Below are positions 19,182 to 29,459 of a DNA stretch of 64,000 nucleotides, in pieces; the first letter of the stretch is position 1, and each line of letters begins with the position of its first letter. Location of the stretch: positions 202-64,201 of the forward strand of contig CBFHZL010000004.1 of assembly GCA_965660325.1 (NCBI GenBank), written 5' to 3'. Under the pieces are notes generated by a model. That model worked only from the letters and a program-made list of their open reading frames with translations. It was not told where the DNA came from and did no database searches. Source of the DNA: an uncultured Acidiluteibacter sp. (GTDB taxonomy: Bacteria; Bacteroidota; Bacteroidia; Flavobacteriales_E; Vicingaceae). The translations under genes and the position numbers were made by a program.

Positions 19182-20015
19182 TTATGTATTATTATTTCTA
19201 TTAACCACTCTTGAAATGATGATGCTAACCTCATATAAAAAAACCAAAGGGATAGCCACTAAAACTTGACTCGTGATATCTGGAGGTGTAATAATTGCAG
19301 ACAAAATTAAAACAATAACTATGGAGTGCCTTCTATAAGCTTTCATCAATTGTGGTGTTATTAAGCCAATTTTAGATAAGAAATAAACAATGATAGGCAG
19401 TTGAAACACCAAAGCGCACGCAATAACAATTGAGGTAAGTGTACTGATATATGAATTAAGACTAATGGAGTTAGAAACGGTGCTACTCACGGTATAGTTA
19501 CCCAAAAATTGCACCGATAGCGGGGCAATTACATAATAACCAAAAAGCACACCAGACATAAACAATACAGAACCCCAAAAGACCAAGGCTACTGCCGAAC
19601 GTTTTTCGGTCTTTTTTAAACCAGGACTGATAAATCGCCAAATTTCTATTAGCAAATAAGGAAAGGCAAGTATAAATCCTGCAATCGCAGACACCAATAT
19701 ATGTGTAGTAAACTGCCCAGACATCGCAATATTAATCAAGCTAAATGAAATATCTTCAAAGCATAGTTTATTCCCTAAGTCTAACCAATGTGAAAGGTCA
19801 CAAAATAGACGATACGTCAAAAACTCGCTTGACTGCGGGGCCAAAATAATTTCGTCAAATACGAAACCTTTAAACACAAATGCCAATCCCATAAATAAGA
19901 TAATGGCAATAGCCGATCGAACAAGATGCCATCTTAGGACCTCTAGATGATCAAGAAATGACATCTCAGCTTTATCAGAAAACTCGTCGTCGTAGGGTGA
20001 TGTTTTACCTTCCAT
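19182..20015 (-). CDS. tatC: Twin-arginine translocase subunit TatC
   Basis: MSFLDHLEVLR, WRFISPGL, FQLP and IITPPD motifs. Confidence 0.97.
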   Translation of the reverse strand: MEGKTSPYDDEFSDKAEMSFLDHLEVLRWHLVRSAIAIILFMGLAFVFKGFVFDEIILAPQSSEFLTYRLFCDLSHWLDLGNKLCFEDISFSLINIAMSGQFTTHILVSAIAGFILAFPYLLIEIWRFISPGLKKTEKRSAVALVFWGSVLFMSGVLFGYYVIAPLSVQFLGNYTVSSTVSNSISLNSYISTLTSIVIACALVFQLPIIVYFLSKIGLITPQLMKAYRRHSIVIVLILSAIITPPDITSQVLVAIPLVFLYEVSIIISRVVNRNNNT

Positions 20016-20045
20016 AAGTGGGCAAATTTAAGGGTAATATCCGTA

Positions 20046-21017
20046 TCAAATAATACCTTCACGAATCAAATCGTGCAAATGAATTAACCCTGCATATTGC
20101 CCTTCTTTAACTACTATCAATTGAGAGATGTGGTTATTTTTCATCACCTTTAGCGCTTCAACAGCCAAACTATCGTAATCAATTGACTTTGGCTCTTTAG
20201 ACATAATATCTTGTGCCTTAGTAGCATCCAAAGAGTGATTCGCCGAAAGCATTCTTCTAAGATCTCCATCTGTAATCACACCCTTTAATTGATTATTCTC
20301 CACTACGGCTGTAGCGCCTAACCGTTTAGATGAAATTTCTACAATAACGCTGCTTAATGTATCCGAAGGGCTAACTGAAGGCTTCTCATTCTGATCAGCA
20401 ACTTCTCCAACACGTAAATAGAGCTTCTTTCCTAATGCTCCACCCGGATGATATTTAGCAAAGTCATTTGATGTAAATGATTTCATATCGAGCAAACAAA
20501 CAGCAAGTGCGTCTCCTATTGCCAGCTGAGCCGTGGTACTCGTCGTTGGAGCCAAATTGTTAGGGCAGGCTTCTTCATCAATCGTTGAGTTTAGAACAAC
20601 ATCAGCAGACTCGGCTAATGCGGAAGCTAAGTTTCCTGTTATAGCGATTATAGCATTCCCAAAGTTCTTAATTAGTGGAAGTAGCACTTTAACTTCTGGC
20701 GTATTTCCACTTTTTGAAATACAAATAACCACATCATCACGCTGAATATTTCCCAAATCCCCATGAATGGCATCTGCTGCATGCATATAAATAGATGGAG
20801 TTCCTGTAGAATTCATTGTTGCCACAATTTTTTGAGCAATAATGGCACTTTTCCCGACTCCTGTTATAACGACTCTACCTTTAGCATGATAAATCAAATC
20901 TACAGCTTTTACAAAGCTATCATCAATATAATCAACTAACTTAAGTAGTGCTTCTGATTCATTTTTAAGTACATTCTGTGCAATTGTTTTAATGTCTGTG
21001 GCAGATTTCAACGGCAT
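20046..21017 (-). CDS. kdsD: KpsF/GutQ arabinose-5-phosphate isomerase
   Basis: GVGKS, HGDLG, SKSGNT, APTTSTT and HPGGALG SIS-domain motifs plus a CBS pair. Confidence 0.93.
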   Translation of the reverse strand: MPLKSATDIKTIAQNVLKNESEALLKLVDYIDDSFVKAVDLIYHAKGRVVITGVGKSAIIAQKIVATMNSTGTPSIYMHAADAIHGDLGNIQRDDVVICISKSGNTPEVKVLLPLIKNFGNAIIAITGNLASALAESADVVLNSTIDEEACPNNLAPTTSTTAQLAIGDALAVCLLDMKSFTSNDFAKYHPGGALGKKLYLRVGEVADQNEKPSVSPSDTLSSVIVEISSKRLGATAVVENNQLKGVITDGDLRRMLSANHSLDATKAQDIMSKEPKSIDYDSLAVEALKVMKNNHISQLIVVKEGQYAGLIHLHDLIREGII

Positions 21018-21112
21018 TATTTTATATTATTTTAATTTTTGACTAAATTACACTGTAAATCCTAGTAAATTAGTGTTACAAAAGTAATTTAAAATAGCTA
21101 AACCAAAATTTC

Positions 21113-23311
21113 ATGCAAACCCTTGAAAAAGTGGATATCCACAAGGAGCTGAAAAATTTTTTCGGATTCAATAAGTTTAAAGGCAAGCAAGAATCGATCA
21201 TTCGAAACATTCTTGAAGGAAATGACACCTTTGTAATTATGCCAACAGGTGGAGGAAAATCCATGTGCTACCAACTACCCGCTCTTATTTTTGAAGGCAC
21301 AGCAATCATTGTGTCTCCCTTAATTGCGTTGATGAAAAATCAAGTAGATGCCCTAAGGGGGTTTGCTACAGACGACAGTATTGTCCATTTTATGAACTCT
21401 TCACTTAATAAAACGGAAACTGCTAAAGTGAAGCAAGACTTAATGGATGGTAAAACCAAACTTCTTTATGTTGCACCTGAAACATTAACGAAAGAAGAGA
21501 ATATCGACTTCTTGAAGCAAATTAAACTGTCTTTCGTAGCCATTGATGAAGCACACTGTATTTCAGAATGGGGCCATGATTTTAGACCTGAATATCGAAA
21601 ACTTCGATCGATTATAGAGGCCATTGACCGCGTACCTATCGTTGCACTTACTGCAACAGCAACTCCGAAGGTTCAACAGGATATCCAAAAGAACTTAGGA
21701 ATGACTGATGCAATCGTTTTCAAGGACTCTTTTAATCGGAAGAACTTGTATTATGAAGTTCAGCCAAAAAGAGATGTTGGAAGCCAGATTGTGCGATTCA
21801 TTAAAAATAACATGAATAAGTCCGGTATTGTCTATTGTCTAAGCCGAAAAAAGGTAGAAGAAATAGCTCAGACGCTTCAAGTAAATGGTATAAAAGCGCT
21901 TGCTTACCATGCAGGCTTGGACGCAGGCACCAGAGCAAAGCATCAAGACATGTTTTTAATGGAAGAAGCCGATGTTATAGTAGCCACAATTGCTTTCGGA
22001 ATGGGAATTGACAAACCGGACGTTCGATATGTAATTCACCATGACATTCCAAAAAGTCTAGAAGGTTATTATCAAGAGACCGGAAGAGCCGGCAGAGATG
22101 ATGGAGAGGGAAAATGTTTAGCATTTTACCGCTATAAAGACATTGAGAAACTAGAGAAATTCTTACAAGGAAAGCCGATTGCAGAACAAGAAATTGGGAA
22201 GCAATTAATCTTCGAAACAGTTTCCTATGCTGAAACGGCAGTTTGCAGAAGAAAGCAACTATTACACTACTTTGGAGAAGAATATAATGATGAGACATGC
22301 GGAAATTGCGATAACTGTCTCAACCCAAAAGAAAAGTATGACGGGCAGCGAGAAGTAACGATACTTTTATCCACTATTTTGGCATTAAAGGAACGTTTTA
22401 AAGCAAAGTATATTTCTAACTTTATTGCTGGAAGAGAGACGAGCGAAATCAAAACTTACAATCACCTTTCTCACGATCTTTACGGCGATGGAAGCACTAT
22501 TAGCGACGACCCAAAACACTGGGAGTCTATTATCCGACAGTGTATTATTGATGGTTTTTTAATTAAAGAAATTGAAAATTACGGTGTTTTAAAAGTGAGC
22601 AATAAAGGTAAAGAATTCGCAAAGAAACCGGGTAAGGTTGATTTAGTGAAACCTCACGATTACAGTGAGGATGGAAAAGAAAATGTAGCAGACCACTCCC
22701 CAAAAGGCGGCGGAGGTGCAGGAGATGATCAATTGTATGCTATCCTGAAAGACTTGAGGAAAAAAGTTGCAAAAGAGGAGGACCTTCCTCCTTATGTGGT
22801 CTTCCAAGACATCTCCTTGGAAGATATGGCAACACGGTATCCGATTACAATTGAAGAGTTAACAAACATTACAGGAGTAGGCCAAGGAAAGGCTGAAAAA
22901 TTTGGTGATCAATTTATAAAGGCCATCCAGAAGTATGTAGATGAAAATGAAATTGACCGTCCAGACGACATGGTAGTAAAATCAGTCGTTAATAAATCAG
23001 GTCTTAAGGTTTATATCATACAAAGTGTTGACAGAAAATTACCATTAGAGGATATTGCATCAGCTAAAGGTAAATCAGTGGATGAAATTTTAGAAGATAT
23101 CGAGCACATCGTTCAATCAGGCACACGTGTTAATCTTGACTATTGCATCGGCGAACTATTAGATGAAGAATATCAAGATGAGATATTCGACTACTTTAGA
23201 GAAACGCCTACCGACTCTATGGAAGATGCTGTAGAAGAATTTGAAGGAGTATACTCAGAACAAGAGCTCCGCCTAATGCGCATCAAATTCCTATCTGAAT
23301 TAGGTAATTAA
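21113..23311 (+). CDS. recQ: DNA helicase RecQ
   Basis: MPTGGGKS, DEAHCISEWGHDFRP, YYQETGRAGRD, Zn-binding C..C..C, RQC and HRDC regions. Confidence 0.98.
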   Translation: MQTLEKVDIHKELKNFFGFNKFKGKQESIIRNILEGNDTFVIMPTGGGKSMCYQLPALIFEGTAIIVSPLIALMKNQVDALRGFATDDSIVHFMNSSLNKTETAKVKQDLMDGKTKLLYVAPETLTKEENIDFLKQIKLSFVAIDEAHCISEWGHDFRPEYRKLRSIIEAIDRVPIVALTATATPKVQQDIQKNLGMTDAIVFKDSFNRKNLYYEVQPKRDVGSQIVRFIKNNMNKSGIVYCLSRKKVEEIAQTLQVNGIKALAYHAGLDAGTRAKHQDMFLMEEADVIVATIAFGMGIDKPDVRYVIHHDIPKSLEGYYQETGRAGRDDGEGKCLAFYRYKDIEKLEKFLQGKPIAEQEIGKQLIFETVSYAETAVCRRKQLLHYFGEEYNDETCGNCDNCLNPKEKYDGQREVTILLSTILALKERFKAKYISNFIAGRETSEIKTYNHLSHDLYGDGSTISDDPKHWESIIRQCIIDGFLIKEIENYGVLKVSNKGKEFAKKPGKVDLVKPHDYSEDGKENVADHSPKGGGGAGDDQLYAILKDLRKKVAKEEDLPPYVVFQDISLEDMATRYPITIEELTNITGVGQGKAEKFGDQFIKAIQKYVDENEIDRPDDMVVKSVVNKSGLKVYIIQSVDRKLPLEDIASAKGKSVDEILEDIEHIVQSGTRVNLDYCIGELLDEEYQDEIFDYFRETPTDSMEDAVEEFEGVYSEQELRLMRIKFLSELGN

Positions 23312-23331
23312 GCAGAATAAGAAATCTAACA

Positions 23332-25299
23332 TCAGCCGAGCTGATCAAGCTCGGCTGTTTTTGTTTCTAATTCTTCCAAGGCAACTTCCCACTTTTCCAT
23401 TGTTTCTTCTAGTAAACTGTTATTCTCTTGCCATTGCTTTAACACCTTGTCATAATCTTTATCTTGATAAAATGATGGGTCCTGTAGTCGCTCAGTTAAC
23501 TTTTGAGCCATTTCCTCACAGCTAGCAATTTGCTTTTCAGAATTTTGCACTGTGTTTTTTAAGCTTTTACAAGTCTTCTTTAATGATTTTTGAAGCTCGA
23601 AAATTTGTTGATCGCTGCGTTGATTTGGAGATGCTTGTTCTTTCGTTGGTGAGTTCTTTTTTTCAGGACCCTTCTCAATTTCTTTGAAAGAACTTACCTT
23701 CCGGGTTCGAAGGAATTCATATACATCACCAATATGTTGGTTTACGCTACCATCTTTAAATTCATAGACTTTTTCTGTTAGGCCTTGTAAGAAGTCCCTA
23801 TCGTGAGAAATAACGATCATAGCACCATCATAAGCAATCAAAGCTTCTTTTAATATTTCCTTTGACCTTAGGTCCAAGTGATTTGTTGGCTCATCGAGAA
23901 TTAATAGATTAATCGGCTTTAGCAGCAATTTACAAAATGCTAATCGAGCTCGTTCACCACCCGAAAGCACTTTTACTTTTTTATCGACATCCTCACCACT
24001 AAATAAAAAAGAACCCAAAAGGCTACGCACCTTTGTTCTCATGTCTCCCGTAGCCTCCTCATCAATTGTTTCAAAAAGTGTTTTATTCCCATCTAAAATG
24101 TCCGACTGATTTTGTGCGTAGTACCCTAAAGATACATTATGCCCTATCTCTATGGCACCTGTATACTTTTCAAGGCCAACAATAAGCTTCACCATGGTCG
24201 ACTTACCTTCTCCATTCTTACCTACAAAAGCGACTTTCTCGCCACGAATAATACTTAACTCCGCGTGATCAAAAATTTGCTTTTCATCGTAAGACTTTCC
24301 TACATTATCAACATCTAAAACAACTTTCCCGGCTCGAGGGGCGGGTGGAAAGTGAAACCGCATGGCACTATTATCCTCAACGTCTATTTCTATACGATCA
24401 ATCTTTTCTAACTGCTTAATGCGTGATTGCACCTGAACTGCTTTCGTTGCCTTGGATCTGAAGCGATCAATAAACTCCTCAGTATCTTTAATCTGTTTTT
24501 GTTGATTATTATAAGCAGCAATCTCTTGCTCTCTTCGCTCCTTGCGCAATTGCACATACTTGGTATATGGCGCTTTATAATCATATACTTTTCCAATTGA
24601 TATTTCAATTGTTCGGTTAGTAACATTGTCCAAAAAAGCCCTATCGTGCGAAATCAAAACAATGGCTCCTTCATATGTCTTTAGGAAATCTTCCAACCAT
24701 TGAATGGATTCAATATCGAGGTGGTTGGTCGGCTCATCAAGCAGCAATAAATTAGCATTAGTCAATAGAATTTTGGCCAATTCTATCCGCATTCTCCACC
24801 CTCCACTAAATTCAGATGTTTGACGTGTAAAGTCAGATCGTTTAAACCCTAAACCCAACAAAAGCTGCTCAATAGAGGCATCCATATTAGAGGCGTCTAA
24901 AACGACAAGTTCTTCATTTAAGTGCGTTAAATCATCTAATAACTGCAGGTAACTTTCCGACTCATAATCTTCACGTGTAACAAGCTGCGTATTGATATGG
25001 TCAATTTTTGATTGAATTCGAGTCAATTTGTCGAAAACTGTTGCCGTCTCTTCCCAAACAGTCCTCCCCTCCTCAAACTCCATATCTTGGGGTAAATAAC
25101 CAAGAGTAAAGTCAGTAGGGGTGGAAATATTACCTTCATCAGCTAATTGAACACCAGCCAATATCTTTAACATGGTGGATTTCCCTGCTCCGTTCTTCCC
25201 TACCAGACCAATACGTTCCTGCTTATTGATGATAAATGAAACGTTGTTAAACAAGAAACGATCTGCAAAACTTAATGTAATTTTATTCACTCCTATCAT
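23332..25299 (-). CDS. ABC-F family ATP-binding protein
   Basis: Two ABC domains (GKNGAGKS/FSGGWRMR; GKNGEGKS/LSGGERAR), LDEPTNHLD twice, no TM segments, C-terminal coiled coil; ATG 25299 preferred over TTG 25314. Confidence 0.93.
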   Translation of the reverse strand: MIGVNKITLSFADRFLFNNVSFIINKQERIGLVGKNGAGKSTMLKILAGVQLADEGNISTPTDFTLGYLPQDMEFEEGRTVWEETATVFDKLTRIQSKIDHINTQLVTREDYESESYLQLLDDLTHLNEELVVLDASNMDASIEQLLLGLGFKRSDFTRQTSEFSGGWRMRIELAKILLTNANLLLLDEPTNHLDIESIQWLEDFLKTYEGAIVLISHDRAFLDNVTNRTIEISIGKVYDYKAPYTKYVQLRKERREQEIAAYNNQQKQIKDTEEFIDRFRSKATKAVQVQSRIKQLEKIDRIEIDVEDNSAMRFHFPPAPRAGKVVLDVDNVGKSYDEKQIFDHAELSIIRGEKVAFVGKNGEGKSTMVKLIVGLEKYTGAIEIGHNVSLGYYAQNQSDILDGNKTLFETIDEEATGDMRTKVRSLLGSFLFSGEDVDKKVKVLSGGERARLAFCKLLLKPINLLILDEPTNHLDLRSKEILKEALIAYDGAMIVISHDRDFLQGLTEKVYEFKDGSVNQHIGDVYEFLRTRKVSSFKEIEKGPEKKNSPTKEQASPNQRSDQQIFELQKSLKKTCKSLKNTVQNSEKQIASCEEMAQKLTERLQDPSFYQDKDYDKVLKQWQENNSLLEETMEKWEVALEELETKTAELDQLG

Positions 25300-25325
25300 A
25301 ATGCAAAAGTACAAAACACGAATAG

Positions 25326-25976
25326 ATGAACGACTTAATTAACCACCATAAAATCCAAGTTTCTAAAACTGCAGAAATCATCACTTCAGGTGAGTTATCG
25401 GATACAACCAAAGAAATTTGGATAGTACTGCACGGTTATGCACAACTACCAGAGTACTTTATCAAAAGCTTTAGTGGTATAAGTAATGCCTATATTATTG
25501 CTCCATCAGCATTATCAAAAGCTTATATCAAAGGATTTGATGGGAGAGTAGGAGCCATATGGATGACAAGTCATAAAAGGGAAGACGAAATAGCAGATTA
25601 TAAGAACTACCTGAATCAGATCGTTGCCCACTTTGATCTACCTCGATATACCAAAGCAACTATAAACCTACTAGGATTCTCTCAAGGAGCAGCAACGGCA
25701 AGTAGGTTTGCAGCTCAAACCAAGTTAAAAATAGATCGATTTATTCTATGGGGAGGAATTCTGCCAACAGAAGTCGAAAACAATGAACGTTTAATGCATA
25801 TGAAGCGATACATCGTCTACGGTGAACAAGATGAGTTTATACAACCTCAAAAAGATAAGTTTTTGGCAGCCATGACTAGATACAAATCAAACGGTTTCAC
25901 AGTAATAACTTACGAAGAGAAACATCGTATACCAAATAATGAATTCTTGAGAATTCATGCCAAACATTGGTCATAA
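25326..25976 (+). CDS. Alpha/beta hydrolase (phospholipase/carboxylesterase family)
   Basis: LHGY oxyanion motif, GFSQG nucleophile, GEQD acid, C-terminal His. Confidence 0.88.
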   Translation: MNDLINHHKIQVSKTAEIITSGELSDTTKEIWIVLHGYAQLPEYFIKSFSGISNAYIIAPSALSKAYIKGFDGRVGAIWMTSHKREDEIADYKNYLNQIVAHFDLPRYTKATINLLGFSQGAATASRFAAQTKLKIDRFILWGGILPTEVENNERLMHMKRYIVYGEQDEFIQPQKDKFLAAMTRYKSNGFTVITYEEKHRIPNNEFLRIHAKHWS

Positions 25977-26009
25977 AAAAAGTCCTTCTGATTACTCAAA
26001 AGGACTTTT
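25975..26009. terminator. Intrinsic terminator between the convergent esterase and gldN genes
   Basis: Minus strand AAAAGTCCTTTTGA-GTAA-TCAGAAGGACTTTTTTT. Confidence 0.8.
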
Positions 26010-26029
26010 ATATTATTCTTTTCAAACTA

Positions 26030-26869
26030 TTAATAGTTCCATAGATCATGTTCAGTATTGACAATCTCCTCCTCGATTCTCTCAGACTCTAATAAAAGAT
26101 CAATACCTGCAGTATACCCATTTAACTTTCTGTTGTTGTAAACATTTGTCTCTTGATAGATATAACTACTAAACATTCTTTTCCAGAAATAATCGTCAAA
26201 AGACATTCGGGCACCATCATTACCTGTATTGTATACTTCTGCATTAGCAAAAACATATCTTGCCTCAGGGAAATATATAACGAATGGACGAACTTTCGAT
26301 TGGTTCTTCGGGTTAATAAATATTGGTGAAATACCAATTATTCTAACATCCATTACAGATCGTTCACGATCAAAAAACCAGTCTTCCTTTATTTCGAAGC
26401 TTACAACGTCAGCACTAGTAAAAGGAACAGTAAGCTCAGATTGTGTTTCAAAGCCATTCTCATCATAATCCGTAACAACCTCAGTATACTGCATTTTTTC
26501 CTCTGCCTCAGCTTGAGTTAACTTTACAGTAAAACCGGAAATTTCCGGATCAAAAGCTTGAATAGTACCTTCGTTAATACCTTGTTTAATAACGTCAATT
26601 AAACTCATACGCACATAACCAAGCTCATTAATTGGCTCATTAGGGTACTTCATCGGATAGTTTTGCTTCTCATTAAGCTCAACCATTCTCCAAACGCGTT
26701 TCGTATACATTACATCAGCTTCACGAACATGCGTGTAAGGAATCACCTTTCTCGTTGGTGTATTCTCTTTGATGTAAACCCCATCAAGAATAGCATTCTC
26801 TTGAGCTATTACAGCACTGCTAGAAACTAGCAGACCTAATGCAATGAATAATTTAAACTGACTTTTCAT
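26030..26869 (-). CDS. gldN: Gliding motility/T9SS ring protein GldN (PorN)
   Basis: READVM..KRVWR, IKEDWFFD...RIIGI.P, F.SYIYQE.N, EHDLWNY; operon position. Confidence 0.95.
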   Translation of the reverse strand: MKSQFKLFIALGLLVSSSAVIAQENAILDGVYIKENTPTRKVIPYTHVREADVMYTKRVWRMVELNEKQNYPMKYPNEPINELGYVRMSLIDVIKQGINEGTIQAFDPEISGFTVKLTQAEAEEKMQYTEVVTDYDENGFETQSELTVPFTSADVVSFEIKEDWFFDRERSVMDVRIIGISPIFINPKNQSKVRPFVIYFPEARYVFANAEVYNTGNDGARMSFDDYFWKRMFSSYIYQETNVYNNRKLNGYTAGIDLLLESERIEEEIVNTEHDLWNY

Positions 26870-26879
26870 AATATTCTTT

Positions 26880-28529
26880 TTATATCATCTTAAATACGAC
26901 AGGAGTAGAGAATCGAGTTGTGCCATCAGGCATCTTAACTTTTACATTCTCGAAAGATACTGTAGTATTTCTTTTCACTCTTTTGAGTTTATCTTTTACG
27001 TCACTGGTAATTCTTCCACCGTTAACCTTAATTGTACTGGTAAAACCATCGACAACATAGCTAAACTCGTATGATATCACGTCTACCTTAACGTCAAATA
27101 CAAACCCTTCCATATCCAAAAACAATCCAGAAACGGCAGCTAAAACTCGTGGAGATAAAGCACCACTAGACTTACCTGAAATTAATGCCTTAGGTGTAGG
27201 AATCTGTTTAACTCTAAAGTCCATTGATCCCATCACTTTGCTTTTTCCACCAACTTCAGCGTTTACAGTTATCTTAACGTCACCAGGCTTCGTTACATTA
27301 ACAATCCATTCACCACCTGTTCCTTTCTTGATAGAACCACCGCCACCTGAAATAGATGGGCGAATAGATTCAGCAGGTACACCAGGAGCAGAGATTGATA
27401 CCGGATTTGGAACACCCATATAGAATACATTCATCTTTGTCGCCGAAATAGTAGTACTCGGTTTGGCAACCATGTATGTTGTCTCGAACGTTCTAGGAAT
27501 AATCTTTCCACCCGGAGCTTCAAAGTTAATGGCACCTTTCCATGTGTATTCACCCTCAGATCGGGTAGGTACTTTTATATATCCTTTACCATCAACCATA
27601 CGAACATTTAATGAATCACCTGACGACTTAAACCCTTCGCCATCCGCTTCGATATCTTTACCTACAACAATTTTAGGATTTTTCGTAGAATCCATTGCTG
27701 CTAAGAAGATCTCAGCTCTGAAAGTATCGCCAAGTAAAATATAATTAGACGGTGAAATAACCGCTGCCTCTAATTTATTAAATTTAAAAGAAGCTGCATC
27801 AACTGATGCAAATAGATACTTTACTGCATCCGACTCAAAATTTCTAATGTCTGTTTGCAACTTTGAAAGCAAAGTAATTGTCGCTGCTGCAGGAACACCA
27901 TAAAAATTAAATGTCTCCCATGAAGAAGTAGTTCCTCCACCTTCTTTCTTGTCAGAAAAATCAAATGTTTTAGTCATTGATTTATAAATAGCTGAATTGG
28001 TATCAATACGTGAACCAACAGTATTCTTAAAGTCGTCTAACTTCAACTTAAGCGATGTAGCAGAAAGGTAACCAGTCTTTGGCTTAGATGGCTCTGATCC
28101 GATAAGAATAGAAGTACCAATATCGGTATTATCCTTGGCATCAATATATTCCAAACTTAAAATAGTATCTCTACCTGCTTCATTTTGACCTATAACGGCC
28201 GCTGTATCTAACTTTTGAAGGTCAGCAACAATTTTAACTTTAATACGGTCAATGTAACTACTTGCTTCATCAGCCGATTGTCTAATTGCTTGAGCCTTGT
28301 CATAAAAAGGCTTAACCTTTTCCTTATTCTCATTGTAAGAAGCTTCAAAATCATTGTATAGATCTGAATTCTTCTCTTTAAAATTCGAAATTGTTTTCTC
28401 TAAACCATCGTTTATAGTAACAAATGAATCTAGAATCTCTTTGGAAACATTCAGTGCCAAAAGCGCCGTAAGCACTAGGTACATCATTCCAATCATTTTT
28501 TGCCGTGGTGGCAATTTACCTCCTGCCAT
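26880..28529 (-). CDS. gldM: Gliding motility/T9SS motor rotor GldM (PorM)
   Basis: PRQKMIGMMYLVLTALLALNVS and KMNVFY.GV.NP motifs. Confidence 0.97.
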   Translation of the reverse strand: MAGGKLPPRQKMIGMMYLVLTALLALNVSKEILDSFVTINDGLEKTISNFKEKNSDLYNDFEASYNENKEKVKPFYDKAQAIRQSADEASSYIDRIKVKIVADLQKLDTAAVIGQNEAGRDTILSLEYIDAKDNTDIGTSILIGSEPSKPKTGYLSATSLKLKLDDFKNTVGSRIDTNSAIYKSMTKTFDFSDKKEGGGTTSSWETFNFYGVPAAATITLLSKLQTDIRNFESDAVKYLFASVDAASFKFNKLEAAVISPSNYILLGDTFRAEIFLAAMDSTKNPKIVVGKDIEADGEGFKSSGDSLNVRMVDGKGYIKVPTRSEGEYTWKGAINFEAPGGKIIPRTFETTYMVAKPSTTISATKMNVFYMGVPNPVSISAPGVPAESIRPSISGGGGSIKKGTGGEWIVNVTKPGDVKITVNAEVGGKSKVMGSMDFRVKQIPTPKALISGKSSGALSPRVLAAVSGLFLDMEGFVFDVKVDVISYEFSYVVDGFTSTIKVNGGRITSDVKDKLKRVKRNTTVSFENVKVKMPDGTTRFSTPVVFKMI

Positions 28530-28583
28530 GTTCTTTAAAGTATTTTAATGTAATTGTAAATAGTTAATTAAGCTCAATTATAA

Positions 28584-29402
28584 TTAAGCATTCACATTCA
28601 TTGCAGTAAGCATATTTCCGTATACTCTATTCAATGCACCTAAGTTTTTAGATAGCTCAGAAATATTCTCTTTGTATTTCTGTGTATCTTCAACAGAGTT
28701 ATTTAAGTTGGTAATCAAGTCACTCATTCCTTCAAACGCTTTGTTTGTTGTTTCCATGTGCTGACTAGCAGAGTTTAATTGCAACTCATACACGTTGTTT
28801 AACTCAGATAACTTTGCAGAGATAGACATTAAATTCTCTGAATAAGAATTACCTGCCTCAGGAGAAACTGAAATACCAGTTAAACTTTCAGAAGCTTTTA
28901 AATAAGAATCTGATAACTGACCCATATTTGAAGAAGCCGATTTAACATTATCCACAAACTCGTTGGTTGCAACTGAGGCATCAGAAATATTATTCAACTG
29001 AGAAGTATGTTCTGACAAGTTTTGAAATCCTTTCCCTAAACTTTCGATTAATTCAGGACCAATCTTAGCTTCTTCTAGCATTTTGTCAAGCTCTTGAGAA
29101 ACAGCGTCTCCACCGCCCCCTACATTTCTTCTTGAAGGCATAGACATTGCATCGTCTTCAATACCTGCTAATTCAGGGTAAGCTAATGTCCAATCCACTT
29201 CAGTATGTGGTGGCTCAAAAGCAGAAACCGCGAAAATAAGTGCTTCCACACTCAAACCGATAATAAGCATCGCTGATGCTCCAGGCCAGTGTTGGATCTT
29301 AAAAAGTGCTCCAACAATTACAACAGCGGCTCCCATACCGTAAAGTAGACCCATGATTTTTTTTCCTTTCTTGGTCTCAAATAAAAACTCAACAAATCCC
29401 AT
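28584..29402 (-). CDS. gldL: Gliding motility/T9SS motor stator GldL (PorL)
   Basis: YGMGAAVVIVGALFKI.HW, E..IF..SAFEP, W..AYPEL, LNRVYGNMLTAM. Confidence 0.97.
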   Translation of the reverse strand: MGFVEFLFETKKGKKIMGLLYGMGAAVVIVGALFKIQHWPGASAMLIIGLSVEALIFAVSAFEPPHTEVDWTLAYPELAGIEDDAMSMPSRRNVGGGGDAVSQELDKMLEEAKIGPELIESLGKGFQNLSEHTSQLNNISDASVATNEFVDNVKSASSNMGQLSDSYLKASESLTGISVSPEAGNSYSENLMSISAKLSELNNVYELQLNSASQHMETTNKAFEGMSDLITNLNNSVEDTQKYKENISELSKNLGALNRVYGNMLTAMNVNA

Positions 29403-29459
29403 AATAAATAAGTAGTTTAATAAATAGATAAATAATTAGTTAGTGTAATCTTTGCTAGA

